NCBI GenBank assembly: GCA_045837725.1
Contig: JBEWZL010000278.1
Coordinates: 310,001 to 374,000 of the forward strand
Length of the DNA: 64,000 nucleotides
Direction: 5' to 3'
From: Vermamoeba vermiformis
Taxonomy: Eukaryota
Shown: one piece after another, positions 1 through 12,700 of the stretch
How positions within the stretch are numbered: the first letter of the stretch is position 1
Layout of the letters: each line of letters opens with the position of its first letter
Notes under the pieces: model-generated
Seen by the model: only the letters and a program-made list of their open reading frames with translations
What the model was told of the DNA's origin: nothing
Databases searched by the model: none
Program-made: the position numbers and the translations under genes

Positions 1-1016
1 TACGTACTTGGGGTCCGGACAGTGCCAGTCAGCACCGCGACGACGCGTGTCATCCGCAGCACTGTGTCGCGTGTCAGAGGGGCGATAGGACGGTCGTTCA
101 TATTGGATGTAATCGCGGCCCTCACTGCTGCGCTGATTGTACTCTGTGCCGTAGTCACGTGACTCGCTACCCTGTCCGTCTGATCACGGCGCTCTGATCA
201 CGTGACGCACTCTGATCACGTGGTGCGTGACACAAGTGACACTCAGTGCGCCAAGAGAAATTCAGATTCTTGCAGCCATTGGGATTGTTGCAGATCCAGT
301 CTCCGTCGCGCTTTTCTGGCGGTCCCCCTCTGCGACCTGTTGGGTGCAAAATAACTGTATTTAGGACCCACATTATGTACAGATGTTACGTAGGAGTGCT
401 GAGTCGTCTCTCAAGATTGCAAGAGAGTTCAGATCAAGTCGGGTAATTTTCGAAGAGAAAAATAATAATAAATAATTGAAAATAATATGAGGTCATAGTA
501 ATTACTTGAATATTGTTCCCTATCACGTCTACCATGCCCGCCAGAGGATGACCTATCATCCCTGCCTCTCCGGTCAGATCTGTCACTTGACTCCCCTCGC
601 CCACCATAACCATAGTCTGCACCGTGGGACCGCGCTCTTGCAGGCTCATGATAGCCACCGTTACTGTAACCTGCATTGTTGTTGTTGTTGGGATAACTCG
701 GGGCACTCGATGCGGGTAGGGTGCTCTGAGGGCCCAACTGCTGCACCTGTTGCAGTGCTAGCAGCAAGTTCAAAGCTTGAGGACTCTGCGCGATGAGTGA
801 CGCGACTTGAGTGAGATCGAGCTGCGGTGTTGCTGCTGGCACCGTGGGTATACCGTACGCCGTGGTATTGGCGCTGTTGTCCGCTGCATATGCACTGTAC
901 GATGTGTTACTGCCGCTATTATTATTAGTGCTAGTATTATTGGTCCCTCGTGCATAATCCTGGTTATAATACTCGCGAGATGAGCTGTAGGAGTGTTGAT
1001 CTGAATAATTACTCAT
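1..1016 (-). CDS. RanBP2-type zinc-finger RNA-binding protein (3' partial, spliced)
   Basis: ATG at 1016 opens an S/Y/N/G-rich low-complexity N-terminus with RG/RD repeats. Intron 505-337 joins to [31 protein letters not shown] (W-x-C...C..NF..R..C..C zinc finger). A second finger (GADWHCPDP) begins near the window edge. Confidence 0.8.
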
Positions 1017-1469
1017 GTTCAGCTCGTTGATCGTGTGATATGGGTGATAGATATGCTAATGAGATATATATACAATTAATTCTACGACGTGAATTGATTC
1101 GCGTGGTGTTGTTCACTTGACAGGCACTATTAAAATGACTCGATGGCGCAGTAATCAAATCGAACCCAAGCCCGCGTCCTTCACTGAATACCACGTCCAC
1201 CACTTTCACGAGATTCAATCCCTGATTCAATTAGGGGATCCGACAGCATTCGTTTTGGTGAACAAATAACAAAGGTTGTTTTGGGAGCTCATTTCCTTCC
1301 TGACTGATGCAGAGGCCAAATAGTTATGTTGCGCGAGCTGCGCTAAGGGTGTGGTCAGTTGTCACTAACCAGTGCCGCTAGCCAATGGATGGTTCGCCGT
1401 GAAGCAGGGAAGAGTACTTGACCATCAACTCCGCCACTGAGGAGGTGGGAGGTCTCGAGCCATAGCAGG

Positions 1470-2199
1470 AAGAGTCGTTGTCACTCGCACCAGCGGCGAC
1501 TTGTCTATCAGCAGCGGTACTCCATCACCTTCCCGACGCGTCGTCAGAGATGAGCTCCAGCAGTGTTTGCTGGGGGCGTAGTGACGCTATCCAACAACGG
1601 TGGAGTGTGCAACTGCCGGATGCATCATCAACCAACGAACTCCAGTCCCTGTCATTGTTGGGGATTGGTGACGCTATCCAACAACGGTGGAGTGTGCAAC
1701 TACCGGAGCATCATCAACCAACGAGCTCCAGTCCCTGTCACTCGACAATAGCACGCTGAGCTTGTCCAGCAGCAATTCCGTGTCCTTGCCGCTCCCTTGG
1801 GCAGTCAGTTACCGCACTACCTCTGCATTACAATTCCAAACCACTCCCGACCTCACAGCACCGCTCAACAGTAACTTTGCCATTCCAGTGACTGTCACCA
1901 AGACTACGAATGCGTTCTTGTTGACTACCAACTTGCACTTCCAATCTTCCGAGTTTTGACGTGGATTGCCTTTCGGTTTGTAGTGCGCAAGGTGAGTTAA
2001 TTATGTACGAATCTATCCCTTTCAGAACATTGAAGGAGTCTGGACCAGCTATAATATTCACGGCTCGCTAGTCGTCACAGGGTTGGATCCAGGAAGTGAC
2101 TACAACTTTGAAGTGTGGGGCGGTACTAATCCTTCATCTACATTAACATTGCTCTCGGGCTATGACTTCACATTTACTGTCACTAAGCTGGCTGATTGA
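1470..2199 (+). pseudogene. Frameshifted repeat protein (LPDASSTNELQSLSL..TLSNNGGSVQ repeats) with an FN3-like C-terminus; pseudogene or uncorrected sequencing errors
   Basis: Repeat peptides are recovered only by switching frames. A GT-AG intron at about 1992-2025 leads to VTGLDPGSDYNFEVW, and TGA ends at 2199. The start is not determined. Confidence 0.55.
1581..1741 (+). repeat. 87-bp-period direct repeat (about 2 copies plus degenerate flanking copies)
   Basis: gtgacgctatccaacaacggtggagtgtgcaact occurs at 1581 and 1668, each followed by gcatcatcaaccaacga.ctccagtccctgtca. Confidence 0.9.
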
Positions 2200-2395
2200 T
2201 AAATGCAACGTTGTGTACAGTTAATATTCGCAGTATTTTAATTTAAATAAAGTATTCTATGTGACAGGTGCCCTCATCGTATTTCTTGGTATTATTGTTG
2301 TGCTCGTTATCTGCGCTGTGAGGGCGAGGTGATGAAGTGCGAGTAATCAGATGAGCCTCGCGAGGGGGAGAATGACCGTGTAGCTGCGGATGTGG

Positions 2396-5300
2396 TCAGT
2401 ACACGTGACTAGTGGCAAGAGGTGGTGGTATCTGGTACTTACGCGAAGTGACGGGATTGAGTGCGGCATCAGATCCACTGTTCAAGTACGGCGTGTTGGT
2501 AGCACGTATGACGGGACGAGGGGCAGGGGCGGGGTTGTTGTTCATCGACCACAGGTACGCGAGCACCACTGTCGCAGTGCCAATCAATATAGCGAGCCAC
2601 CAGGCCATGCTCGAGGAGCTAGCGCGGCCCTTGTCGTCGATCACGAGCACATCCGATCCAGAACTCGAGCGCGAGGTGACGAAGATGTGCTCTGCTTGAC
2701 CTGAATCGAGGTCCAAGAACTCAATAGGCAAGCGACGTACAGACACTGAAGGGTCTACTGCTTTGAGTTCGTACGTCCAGGTGTGGGTGGCTGCATCCAC
2801 GCCCACGCGTCGGATCGAGATCAGCTCCGGATTGGTGTTGCGCACACTGAGCTCCTTCTTGGACTGCACTTCGAGCTGCACATTGGCATTGCGCGTGAGG
2901 AAGAGTTCGCGCGGTGCGAGTATCTTGAAGGAGGTGAAGAGCGTGAACTGCTTGTCCGCGGTGACGTGATAGCTCTGCGCGAGATCACTCACTGCTGCGC
3001 GCACGGTGATGGGCTCGGAGATCTTGTCGTGCTTGGTCGCGAAGGGCTTCACGATGCAGTAGTGCTGCAAGCTCTGCGGATTGGTGAAGTTGCGCACAAA
3101 CACGTTCTGCATCTGCTGCGCGGAGGTGAGCGAGCACTTGATGAGCAAGTGGTGCTTGATGGCGGCACTGTCCTCCAGCACCACTCCACTCGCATCGCGC
3201 GGCACCACGGGCATCAAGTACTGCGAGCCATCGGAGGTGAGTTCGTCGTTCTGCACGGCACTGGTGATGGGACTCTCGAGCTCCACACGCGCCACACGCA
3301 CGACTCTGACGTGTGTCCAAGTGAACACGCTGCTGTTGTGATACACCACGGTCTCACCCACACTCACTGCCACTGCTTCACCGGTGTTGCTGTCGATGCG
3401 CACAATGTCCTCATTGGCTGAAGACCACGTGTTCTTGTAGAGTGCCTTGTCCTGTGCGAAGGAGGTCGAGAACTGAATCACACCACCCACGTGCACGGTG
3501 GGGGACAGTGGGGCGATGGCATTCGACACGCGGATCTGCAGGTGATACTTGAGCACGGCCGCGGTCTGACTGGCAGTCACGGCAATGGTGGGCAGCGACG
3601 AGTGACCGCGCAGTTCGAGCAGTGCGTGGCCAGGTCTCAAGCCGCGCACAATAATGTAGCGCGATGTGGCTCTGTCCGTGTCGCTGGTGGCATTGAGCGC
3701 ACTGGCATCGTCGAGCAGCGAGGCAGAGCTGAAGTGTTGGGAGAGTGCCACGAGCTGTGGGTGACTGAGCTGCGAGTCCACGTGCAGTGCTTGCGGACTG
3801 AAGGCGTGGAGCACGTGACCGAGATCATCGCGTGCTTGGAGCTGCAGCAGCATGGAGGAGCCCACGGGGAGATCGTAGTAGACGAAGGGGAAGTGCGGGG
3901 GCAAGACGAGCGGCACGAGCTCAATGCTGCTGATGAGGCGCACACTGACGCGCACGAGCACGCTGCTGCTGGGGTCATCGCCACTGTTCTCTGCACCCTC
4001 TGAGGGATTGACAGCGTCATCGCGCTCAGTGATCAGAATCAACCAGGTGCCCACGGTGTTGTGCGTGGTGATCACTCCGCGAGCATTGACGTGCAGCTCC
4101 GAGGTGAGTTGTGCAGCACTGGCAGGCTGTTGAGTGCCGCACGTGACGCAGCTGAGCAGCTTGTACTTGAGCTTGGGATCGTTGTTCTTGTTGGTGTGCA
4201 GCTGATAGCTGGTCTGCGGGGCCAGGAACAGATGTGCAGGACTCAACAGCTTGAGCGGATCACTCACGTGCACCCACGCGGAGGCAACAATGGGCTCGAG
4301 CACGTGAGAGCGCGGTCGGATGAGTGCGGTGACATTCTCCACGCGCACTGAGACCATGGTGCGACCTGCGCCCACGCCTCGTCCACGCACGGTGACACTG
4401 CGCTCTTCGTCGAGAGTGACATTGGCGGAGTGGTAGATGGGCAACAGCTGCAGCACGGAGGGATCGACCACGGACCACTTGACGCGCATCCACTCGAGGT
4501 GTGTCCAGGCAGTGGGCGTGACTTCAAACATGTGCAGACGATGGTCAAAGTACGCGGTGAGCACGCCAGTCAAGCGGAAGGTGAATTCATTGCCCGTCTT
4601 GAGCACGTAGCTGTCCGCGTGTATCTTGAAGTCTTGGATGTAGCCGACGATCAGTTCAATGCTGTCCTCGGAGATGATCACGTGACGATTCACGGTCTGA
4701 TCCCACACCGAGCAGTGCACGCGCAGACGAGTGCGACCCTCAACCAGGGCTGTGACCGCCCCTGAGGTCTTGTCTACCAGGGCTACAGTGGTGTTGTCGA
4801 CTTGGAACACAATCTCCGAGGGCACGGGAGGACCACCGCGGAGTGCAATGTGGTACTGACTGCCCACCACCATCACGTGCTGCGGGCGAGGGTGCAGTTC
4901 GAGGGGCGGGAACACGTGAATGGTCTTCAAGCCTGTCACGTAGCGGGGTTGCGCCACCTTCTCATCACGTGGACTGGCACGTGCAGTGACACGCGCGACA
5001 CCGAGCTTGAGACCTCTAGCGAGCCACGTGTTCTCAGTGCGGTAGTCGTGCGACATGTGCGCGAGATCTTCAGCGCGAGCAGGGGCAATGTCAATGCTGT
5101 CGCTGTCGATCAGCAGCTGCGTGTCGATGAAGCGGTACTGCGACTGATCGAACGGCTGTCCATTCATGTCCAAGAGATCGACCAGCACGGGGATCTGATC
5201 GCCGATCTTCACCATGTCACGTGATCGCAGTTGTACGGCGTGAATGTCCGAGATTTGAATCTGGCTGAAGGAAGGCTCCGAGCCAGTCAAGCACAAATCT

Positions 5301-8300
5301 ACCAGGGTCAACTTGACGTGTCCCGGTCTGAGTGGTGTCACGTGGATGACATTTGACCCGAATTGGTAACTGATGTTCGCGACAGTGGTGTCGTTGACAG
5401 TGAGCTGGAAGTAGCCGCTGCCGCCGAGTGCGGTGATGGGCACGGCGTTGTGCGGGTGATTGAACAGCGACAGACGCGGGGGTTGTGCTTGCACATTTCT
5501 ATATAAGGTCAATTCAATGTCACGTGTCAACTTCTCCGTGGTCGAAGCTGTCCAGTAGGGCATTTGAATCTTGGAGGCCGCGAGAGTGTCGGGATCATAG
5601 CCCACCACGCGAACTCGTGCAATCACTGAACCTGTGGCACGTGGCAGTCAGTACGAGAGATTGCCTTATTTGGATGCGTACCTTCTTTGAGGGCCAAATT
5701 GAACAGCCGTCCGTGTCTGTAGCTGTGAGTGTCTAAACATGGGTGTTAGTACCTCCGGTGGCATTACCAAAGTAGGCAAGTGTCGTACCCTTGATGAGCT
5801 GAGCAATGAGCTGACTGCCCTCGGTGTACAAATAAGGAAATCTGGGTCTGTTAGCAGCGAGCAGATCAATGCTCATGAGACCACTCGCCTCGGTGACACT
5901 CCACTCCACATTCAGCGAGGTGAAGTTGGTGAACTTGCGACCAGATCTGTCGTACAGATACACTTCAAACTCGATCGATTGGTTGTTGCGCGTCAAGAAT
6001 TTGGTCGGGAAATTTCCGAGCATTTCACGAGTGACTTCGTGATTGGCAAGTGGCAACATGGAGACAGCTGTGACATAATAAGGTGAGTGACAAGCGTGAC
6101 AGGTGTCAAAGCCGTACCTTCAGTGCAGGCGAGGGGCAGGTCGTTGCGGTCAATCTTGTTGGGGTGTTCGAGCACGGGGAACAAGAAGATGTGTTGCGGC
6201 AGTTGACAGCTGAAGTGGAACTTGCTCGTCACGCGCAGAGGGCGAGGGTGTGCGGCACTGCCCGAGTTGGTGACCTCCACAGTGATGTCTTGATCGCCGA
6301 GCTCCAAGCACGTGATCGAGTAGGCGCGGTACGGCGTGTTGGCCTTGAGCTTGTGAATGGCGACAGCATTGGGCTGTTGGGGCAGCAGTGCCTCCGTGGT
6401 GTGGCCCGAGGACTCGTAGGTCCAAGGATTGGGTCCGCCCTCCAGCAGCACTATGGCACTGGAGCCCAGTGTGACCAGGGCAAAGTCACGTGGCCAGACA
6501 ACGCGCAGAGGCTTGAAGCTGAACACCGTGACCTCGATGCGGAGATTCATGTAGTGCACGGTGACTGTGGTCTGACCCTCGCGCAGTGCACGCAACACAC
6601 GGTGCGAACAGTGCTGACCAGCGCCAGTGCTGGGGAGAGGTGCGAACACGTGCTCGTCTTGCACCTCCCACACGAAGGGCAGGGCGGAACAATTGTCGTA
6701 GGGCACGTTGTTCTGATCGTAGAGCTGCACGGAGAGTGTCAGCGTGCTGTCAACTTGACACTCGAACTCGGAGTTGGCGAATTCAATTCTGTGCGGAGTA
6801 GACACGTGAACGAGCACGTGATCGCGATTGATGGGATTGCGACTGTCACTGGCATGCACGGTGACTGAGCCCGTGGACTCCGCGACGAGTCTGCCGTGAT
6901 TGTTGGAGATGAGCTGCGCATTCTGGGCAGTGGCGTGCGTGGCAGGACGTACGAGCACCACACTCTGATCGGTGCTGTACCACTCGTAGAGTCCTGTGCC
7001 ACCCACGGCAGTCAATGTGAGCTCGTGGCCCCAGCCCTGCACATCGCGCACACGTCGCACATTGACATTGGTGATATTCGGCTCAATGCTGTCCAACTTG
7101 CCGCTGTAGTAGTTGAGCCAGGCCACGTGATTGTGGTACGCGAGATTGACGTGTCGCACGCGCGTGTTGTCGTGTGCTGTCAACTTGACGGGTGCAGTGA
7201 TGATGACGTCACTGCGCGTGAGGAGTGGCGGTGAGGGCTGGTACTGCGTGGCGGTGTAGCGGTTGCGGATCTGTTCCAGCGCGACCACAATCTCCGTGGC
7301 ACCCTCTTTGACAGCTGTCACGTGGTGTTGCGCGCTGTTCTTGGACTTGCCGAGCACTTGGAAGTAGTCGGCACTGAGCTGCACGTTGAAGTCGAGGTCG
7401 TCAATGTTGTAGATCTTGTGCCCGTCCTTGTCGTACACCTCAATCTGCACCACGTACTCCCAGCCACTGATCAAGTAGCTGCCGCTGCTGGTGTGCGCAT
7501 CGAGCACGTGACTCTTGTTCTCACTCGTCTCCAACTGCTTCGGAGTGATCTTGAGCGCGAGATAGGCCGGCAGCACCACGACGAGTTCACTCCACGCGTT
7601 GTTGTCCTCCAGATCCACGTACTGCGCCGTGACGCGTGTGGCACCGACTTGCTTGGCCGTGACGAGACCCTGCTGACTGACCTCTGCCACTTGATTGTTC
7701 GAGGTCGTCCACAAGTACAGTCCTGCCGTGCTCGGATCCAATGGCTTCAAGGTCTCTTTGGCGTAGCTCATCAGCGTGTACTGGATCTGCGTACCTGGCA
7801 GCACCCAAATAGTGGTCGAGGGTGCCAACAAGAGGGGTTCGCGCACTGCAATCGTCACTTGCGCGGTGGGCACGGGGCCAGTCATGAACGGATTCACGTA
7901 CTTGGTGAGGCGCGATGAGACGCGTGCGCGGCCAGTGTTGAGTCCCTGCACGAGCACGATACTCGACTGCTTGCCTTCGTCCTCTAAGCGCAGCAATGCC
8001 TCGCTCACCTCGATCGAGCTCTCGCGGAATCGCACCATCTTGAGCACTTGCGCCACCGCACTGCTGGCAGTAGCTTCGGTGTCAGCGCGAATAGACCATT
8101 CATATTCGAGGCCCTCTAAGCTCGAGAACAAGTTTCCTTCGAGATCGAATGCTTGGATCTGCAGAATTTCCGTGTCTTCTTTGAACATGGTGCGTGTAGT
8201 GGTGAGGATGTCAATCTTGACTATATGGTCCACATAGATCTCGCAGCGCAGCAATCGACCGCTCTGCAAGTGCTCGCCCAACAGCCACACATTCTGACGG

Positions 8301-8709
8301 CCTTGCGACACTGTGCTTGCGGCGCGGATCTGGATCTTGGTGCCGCATGTGTCGAGCTCTTTAATGTCCACTACACCTTCTCTGCTTAAGCTCCTGTAAT
8401 GGCACCGAAATTAGCCAGTTGACGTTAATTAATTTTCGCCGATCGCATCCACCGCCAAAATTAATAATTTAAAATAAAAAATATCTGTGGCTCACGAGAA
8501 TTATAATATTGTACGAATAATTACCATTTGAAACAGCCATTATAGGCCTCAATAACATAGCTGACTTTGTGATCGTGGGGCAGCAAGACAGAGACCGTGC
8601 TGATCGAAATATCAGTGCCTACAGTGGAGGAGAGCTGCGCACTGATGAGCTGACTAGCGCACAGCACTAGTAGTAATATAGTTGCGTAGTATCGCGTTGA
8701 ATTGCCCAT
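2396..8709 (-). CDS. NUP210: Nuclear pore membrane glycoprotein 210 (gp210), spliced
   Basis: Signal peptide MGNSTRYYATILLLVLC, then YVIEAYNGCFKW, LRCEIYVDHIVKIDILTTTR and QAFDLEGNLFSSLEGLEYEW. Many Ig-like (BIG2) WxSSN motifs, one C-terminal TM helix and a short tail. Built from ORFs 8521-8742, 5993-8371, 5733-6059 and 2396-5626. Confidence 0.92.
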
Positions 8710-9008
8710 AGTGTTAGTTCTCTTCCAAGCCAGCATCCACACTATTATTCATACAACTCCTAGCCTCGCTTACAAATACTGTTGAGTGAGGACAGAAGTG
8801 AGAGGGAAGAACAGTCTCTACTGATGGATATAATATATATAGAGACAATAGCTGTTGTGGAGCTAATGACGGGGCAATAACAAAAAGACAAAACTTTCAG
8901 CGCCAATTCTGCAGGGGCTTGGAACCCTAGTGGGCATCAAATAGGCTTTATTTACAATACGTGGTGCGAATATGTACATATTTATACAAACTCTAAAGAC
9001 CAGAGCTC

Positions 9009-9491
9009 TTATTTTTTGGGTTTTTGACCAGATGGGCTTGGATTAGCCTGTGGCTTGTTTGAAATTTGCGGAGGTTGTGTAGGTGCTGGTTTTGCTTTTT
9101 TTCTGTTCGGTACAGGCCCTTCTTGCAGCATAAATGTTGGATCTGACTTGACATTGTCTGCTTGCAACTTCAATAATGGCTGTAAATTCGCCAGATCTGC
9201 TTTGGGCGGTGCTTTCAATGCCAATGCCTTCAACCCAGTATAGCGAATAGTACGTGCCTCTTTTGAAGCAGGCGCAGCTTTGTTTTTCTTGGGTTTGAAG
9301 TGTTTCTTCTTGACCTCAGCCAGATTGAGCACGTACTGGCCATTATTCGCGGTGATGAAGCTCTTGTCTTTCTTGCCGTAGCGCTTGTTCACGCGCAGCT
9401 CGATTTCATTCATCAGTCCATTGCGCACCAACAGATTCTCAGTGGCAGTCACTTCAGGCACGAGTGACTCAGTGAAGACGAGATGAAACAT
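9009..9491 (-). CDS. Hypothetical basic Lys/Pro-rich protein (about 160 aa)
   Basis: Single-exon ORF starting MFHLVFTESL, preceded by an AT-rich leader. No family recognised. Confidence 0.6.
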   Translation of the reverse strand: MFHLVFTESLVPEVTATENLLVRNGLMNEIELRVNKRYGKKDKSFITANNGQYVLNLAEVKKKHFKPKKNKAAPASKEARTIRYTGLKALALKAPPKADLANLQPLLKLQADNVKSDPTFMLQEGPVPNRKKAKPAPTQPPQISNKPQANPSPSGQKPKK

Positions 9492-9725
9492 GGTATAATT
9501 AATATAGATCTTATTATTAATATTAAGTATAGAGCTCTGTTGGTGCCTGTGTGACTGAGAACAAAATGCGCGATTAGCTGTGAAATTTTGAGAAACAGGG
9601 CCAAAGAGCACGTGACACGGACAGTGCTGGTACAATGCTAAAAATAGAACCGCGCAACACGACCCTATGGGATAGGGAGATATATTACAGGTGTTATTCA
9701 CAAGTGATATGTACAATCGGCAGTT

Positions 9726-12700
9726 CTAGCGCACTTTGAATATGCTCTGCATGAAGGTGAGGAAGCGTTCTGCGTACTCATTGGGCGGCAGGGCACTAAT
9801 CTCGTGCTAAAAATAGAACAACCAATCAGCTCACAGCACAACAATCACTCGCAGTACGTACTCTGGCGTATTTGAAGGACTTGAAGGTGCTCTCGAGCAG
9901 TTTGATGGCAGTGAACTTGACGAGGTAGTCGATGATGCCCATGTAATACACCTCGCCTCCCTGCGCTGCGGGCCATCCACCGTCACTCACCTGCGCATCA
10001 CGTGACACCTGCGCTGATTGCTGCGTGATGCCGAGCAGCAGCGAGTAGTCCATCACCCCCTGTGCCTCCAAGAACTTGCAGTCACGTGACAGCGTGCCAA
10101 TCAGTCGCTGATGCAGTGCGGGGTGCAGTTCTACGATGCGATCAAAGTCCAAGTCTTTCATGGGGGCACCGGGCTTGCGATCTGTGCGGTGACACGTGTC
10201 AGTGGGGTGCGTGTCACAACGAGTACCGTACCTTTCTCAGCGGTGATTCTGCCCGCCACGGAGCCCTTGAGATCGTACGACACGGTGATGTGCTGCGCGG
10301 TGGTGAAGACTGAGCGCATGACGAGGAAGTGGTGCTCCTTGCTCTTGTTGTCTTTCAGCTGCATCAGACCCAGGAACGGGGCTGGTGGTGGCATCGGTTA
10401 GTGCTGTTGAGGGGCAGTAGTAGTGTCTCACTTACTCAGCAGAGTGGGTCCGGTAGTCACGTGATCGTAATACTTTGCCAACATTTCGCGCAAAGTTTCA
10501 GCCTCGCTGGCACTGATCGTCTTCAACAAGAACTGGCCGTCGCTCGAGTAGAAGAACATGGAGCCACTCTTGCCGTAGCTGCCTTGTTGCGACCAGCCAC
10601 GCCACTCACCTGCGAGCAACCACGGCCAGATCATGCCTTCGAGACCGATCGAGCTGATCAGATCTGTTTCTGAAATGCCAAACTTGTTTCTGATCGCGCG
10701 CCATACAGTCGGAGTGAATATCTTGACGTTATAGAAGGTCATTGGTGCCACTGGATCGCCGTTCTGATCCGCACTGAGCTGCAGCGGATTGGAGGCAGGC
10801 CAGTACGGGGTCTGATCTGAACGCTTTTCACTGAAATCACTCGACACGATCGGTCGGTGCGCCTCTGCACTGTCCACCGCTAGCTGCATTGCAAACATCA
10901 AGCTGATCATTATATTGAAGTGCGGGTGTCCTGGAAACACCACGTGACCAGAGGGTGCGGATGTGTTGCGCGCACCAGCACGTGACTTGCCGTAGAGCAG
11001 CGCGTGCACGAGCTTGCTGGCGAGATTGGAGTTCAGATAGGTGGTGTAGGTGAGCGGTGCAGTGAGGGGCTGCAGCAGTGCGAGGGCAGCTTCAATGCGC
11101 TCGTGTCGCCGGTCCATGTTGATCTTGAGCGCGCGCAGCCACTCCACCACTCCGAACAGCACTGCAGTCACGTGATCGACACTCACGCGCATGTCATGCA
11201 GTGGCACGCACTGAGGCAGTCGCGCAGTCTCACGTCGCGGGTACTTGCGCTTGTCGAGCACGTAGGACGGGGCAGCGAGTCGGCGCTGATCGAGTGGTGT
11301 CTGACTGAGCTGATCGGCGATGTACAGCGTCAAGTAGCCGAGTCGTGTGCGTGCCTCCTCAGTGCCGCGCAACAACGTGCCCATGGTGGCAATGTAGTCC
11401 TTGAACGGCACACCCTTGGGGTCAGTGCTCGTGCCCTGGTAGAAGGAGTGGTGCAGGGTGGCATAGAGCCACTCGACCACATCGGGCCCATTCGCTGGCT
11501 GTGAGTAGCCAACGGGTCCTAACACGTAGCGATAACTGTGCAGCTCGTACTCACCCGAGGGGGACTTGCACTCTGCGCGATCGATGAGCGACCATGACTA
11601 TATGAGGCAAGTGACACGTACCTTGGAAGGTGAGGTGATGCGCACTGACCTCACTCTCGCTCAGCTTGGTGTCGCGTGCAATTTCAGCAATCTCCGCGGG
11701 AGATAGCGCCGTGTTCCGTGCGACAGCAGAGAGGAATTGCGTGTACAAGAAGTCCGTGCCCTTGGAGAGTCCATCGCTCACACTCCTAAGCACGTGATCA
11801 GCACGCACACGCACACACACGATAATGGACAGTACGTACTTGGTGAAGGTAGCCGCAGCGACTTTGACGGCACTCGAGTCACTGGTGGTCTTCATCTCCA
11901 CGAGCTCTCTGTTCTCGTAGCAGTGCTTGCACACGCGTACTGGATGAATGTAGCCCAATCTGACAGCGATCAGTTAGTTACTAGCGGCATTATTGCACCA
12001 CGACGTACTTGGGCAGAGGCACTTCCTTGTCACTGCACAGCGCACACACGACATTGCCACAGCCGCGACAGTGGTGTCTGCGGAACAGCAGCGTGAAGGG
12101 TGCGGCACAGATCTTGCACTGCGGGGCCTTGTCATCGGAGACCCACTGTGGTCTGGGCAAGGTGTTCACTTCACTCAGCAGATTGCTCGGCAGTGCACTC
12201 GGGGCAGGGGTCGCAGTGCCACTCGTGGTGCCAGCAGTGCCCGTGGTGGGATAGACGAGCAGCGCGTCCTTGAGTATCTCAACAAAGTCTGCATTCACTT
12301 GCAGATTCATCTTGCGCAGGTAGTCGTACGAACTCTCGACATGTTGACGTTGAAATCCCTTGGACACAAAGTAGAGAATGATTTTTTCACGGTCTTTGTC
12401 GGGCTGTGGCACGGCAGCAGCGAGATTGTTGGTGTTGATGAACTGATTCAGATCGGTGAACTGTGTCGTGTAGTGCTGCGGCCAGGACTGCACTGCTGTG
12501 TGTGACATGACTGGCGAGTACTGCACTTGCGACGACACGTTGACAGGTGTGGTTGACAGGTGTCATTGATACGCTCATCGGAGGCATGCTCTGATAGTTG
12601 ACAGTGCACGGATCACACGGGTCACACGAGGCCGCATAATTGCCCCAGGGATTGCTCGGCTGTGGCGTGTAACAGCTGTCTGGATACGCCGAGTGCTGCA

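Noticed and set aside
166-190. Apparent stop or frameshift between the two zinc fingers, or a 16-nt micro-intron
   Set aside because: An ordinary intron of about 65-70 nt (GTGCGT...GGCACAG) restores the frame.
2390-8389. Many long plus-strand and alternative-frame ORFs over Nup210 and other GC-rich genes
   Set aside because: These are shadow ORFs caused by codon bias and show no recognisable motifs.
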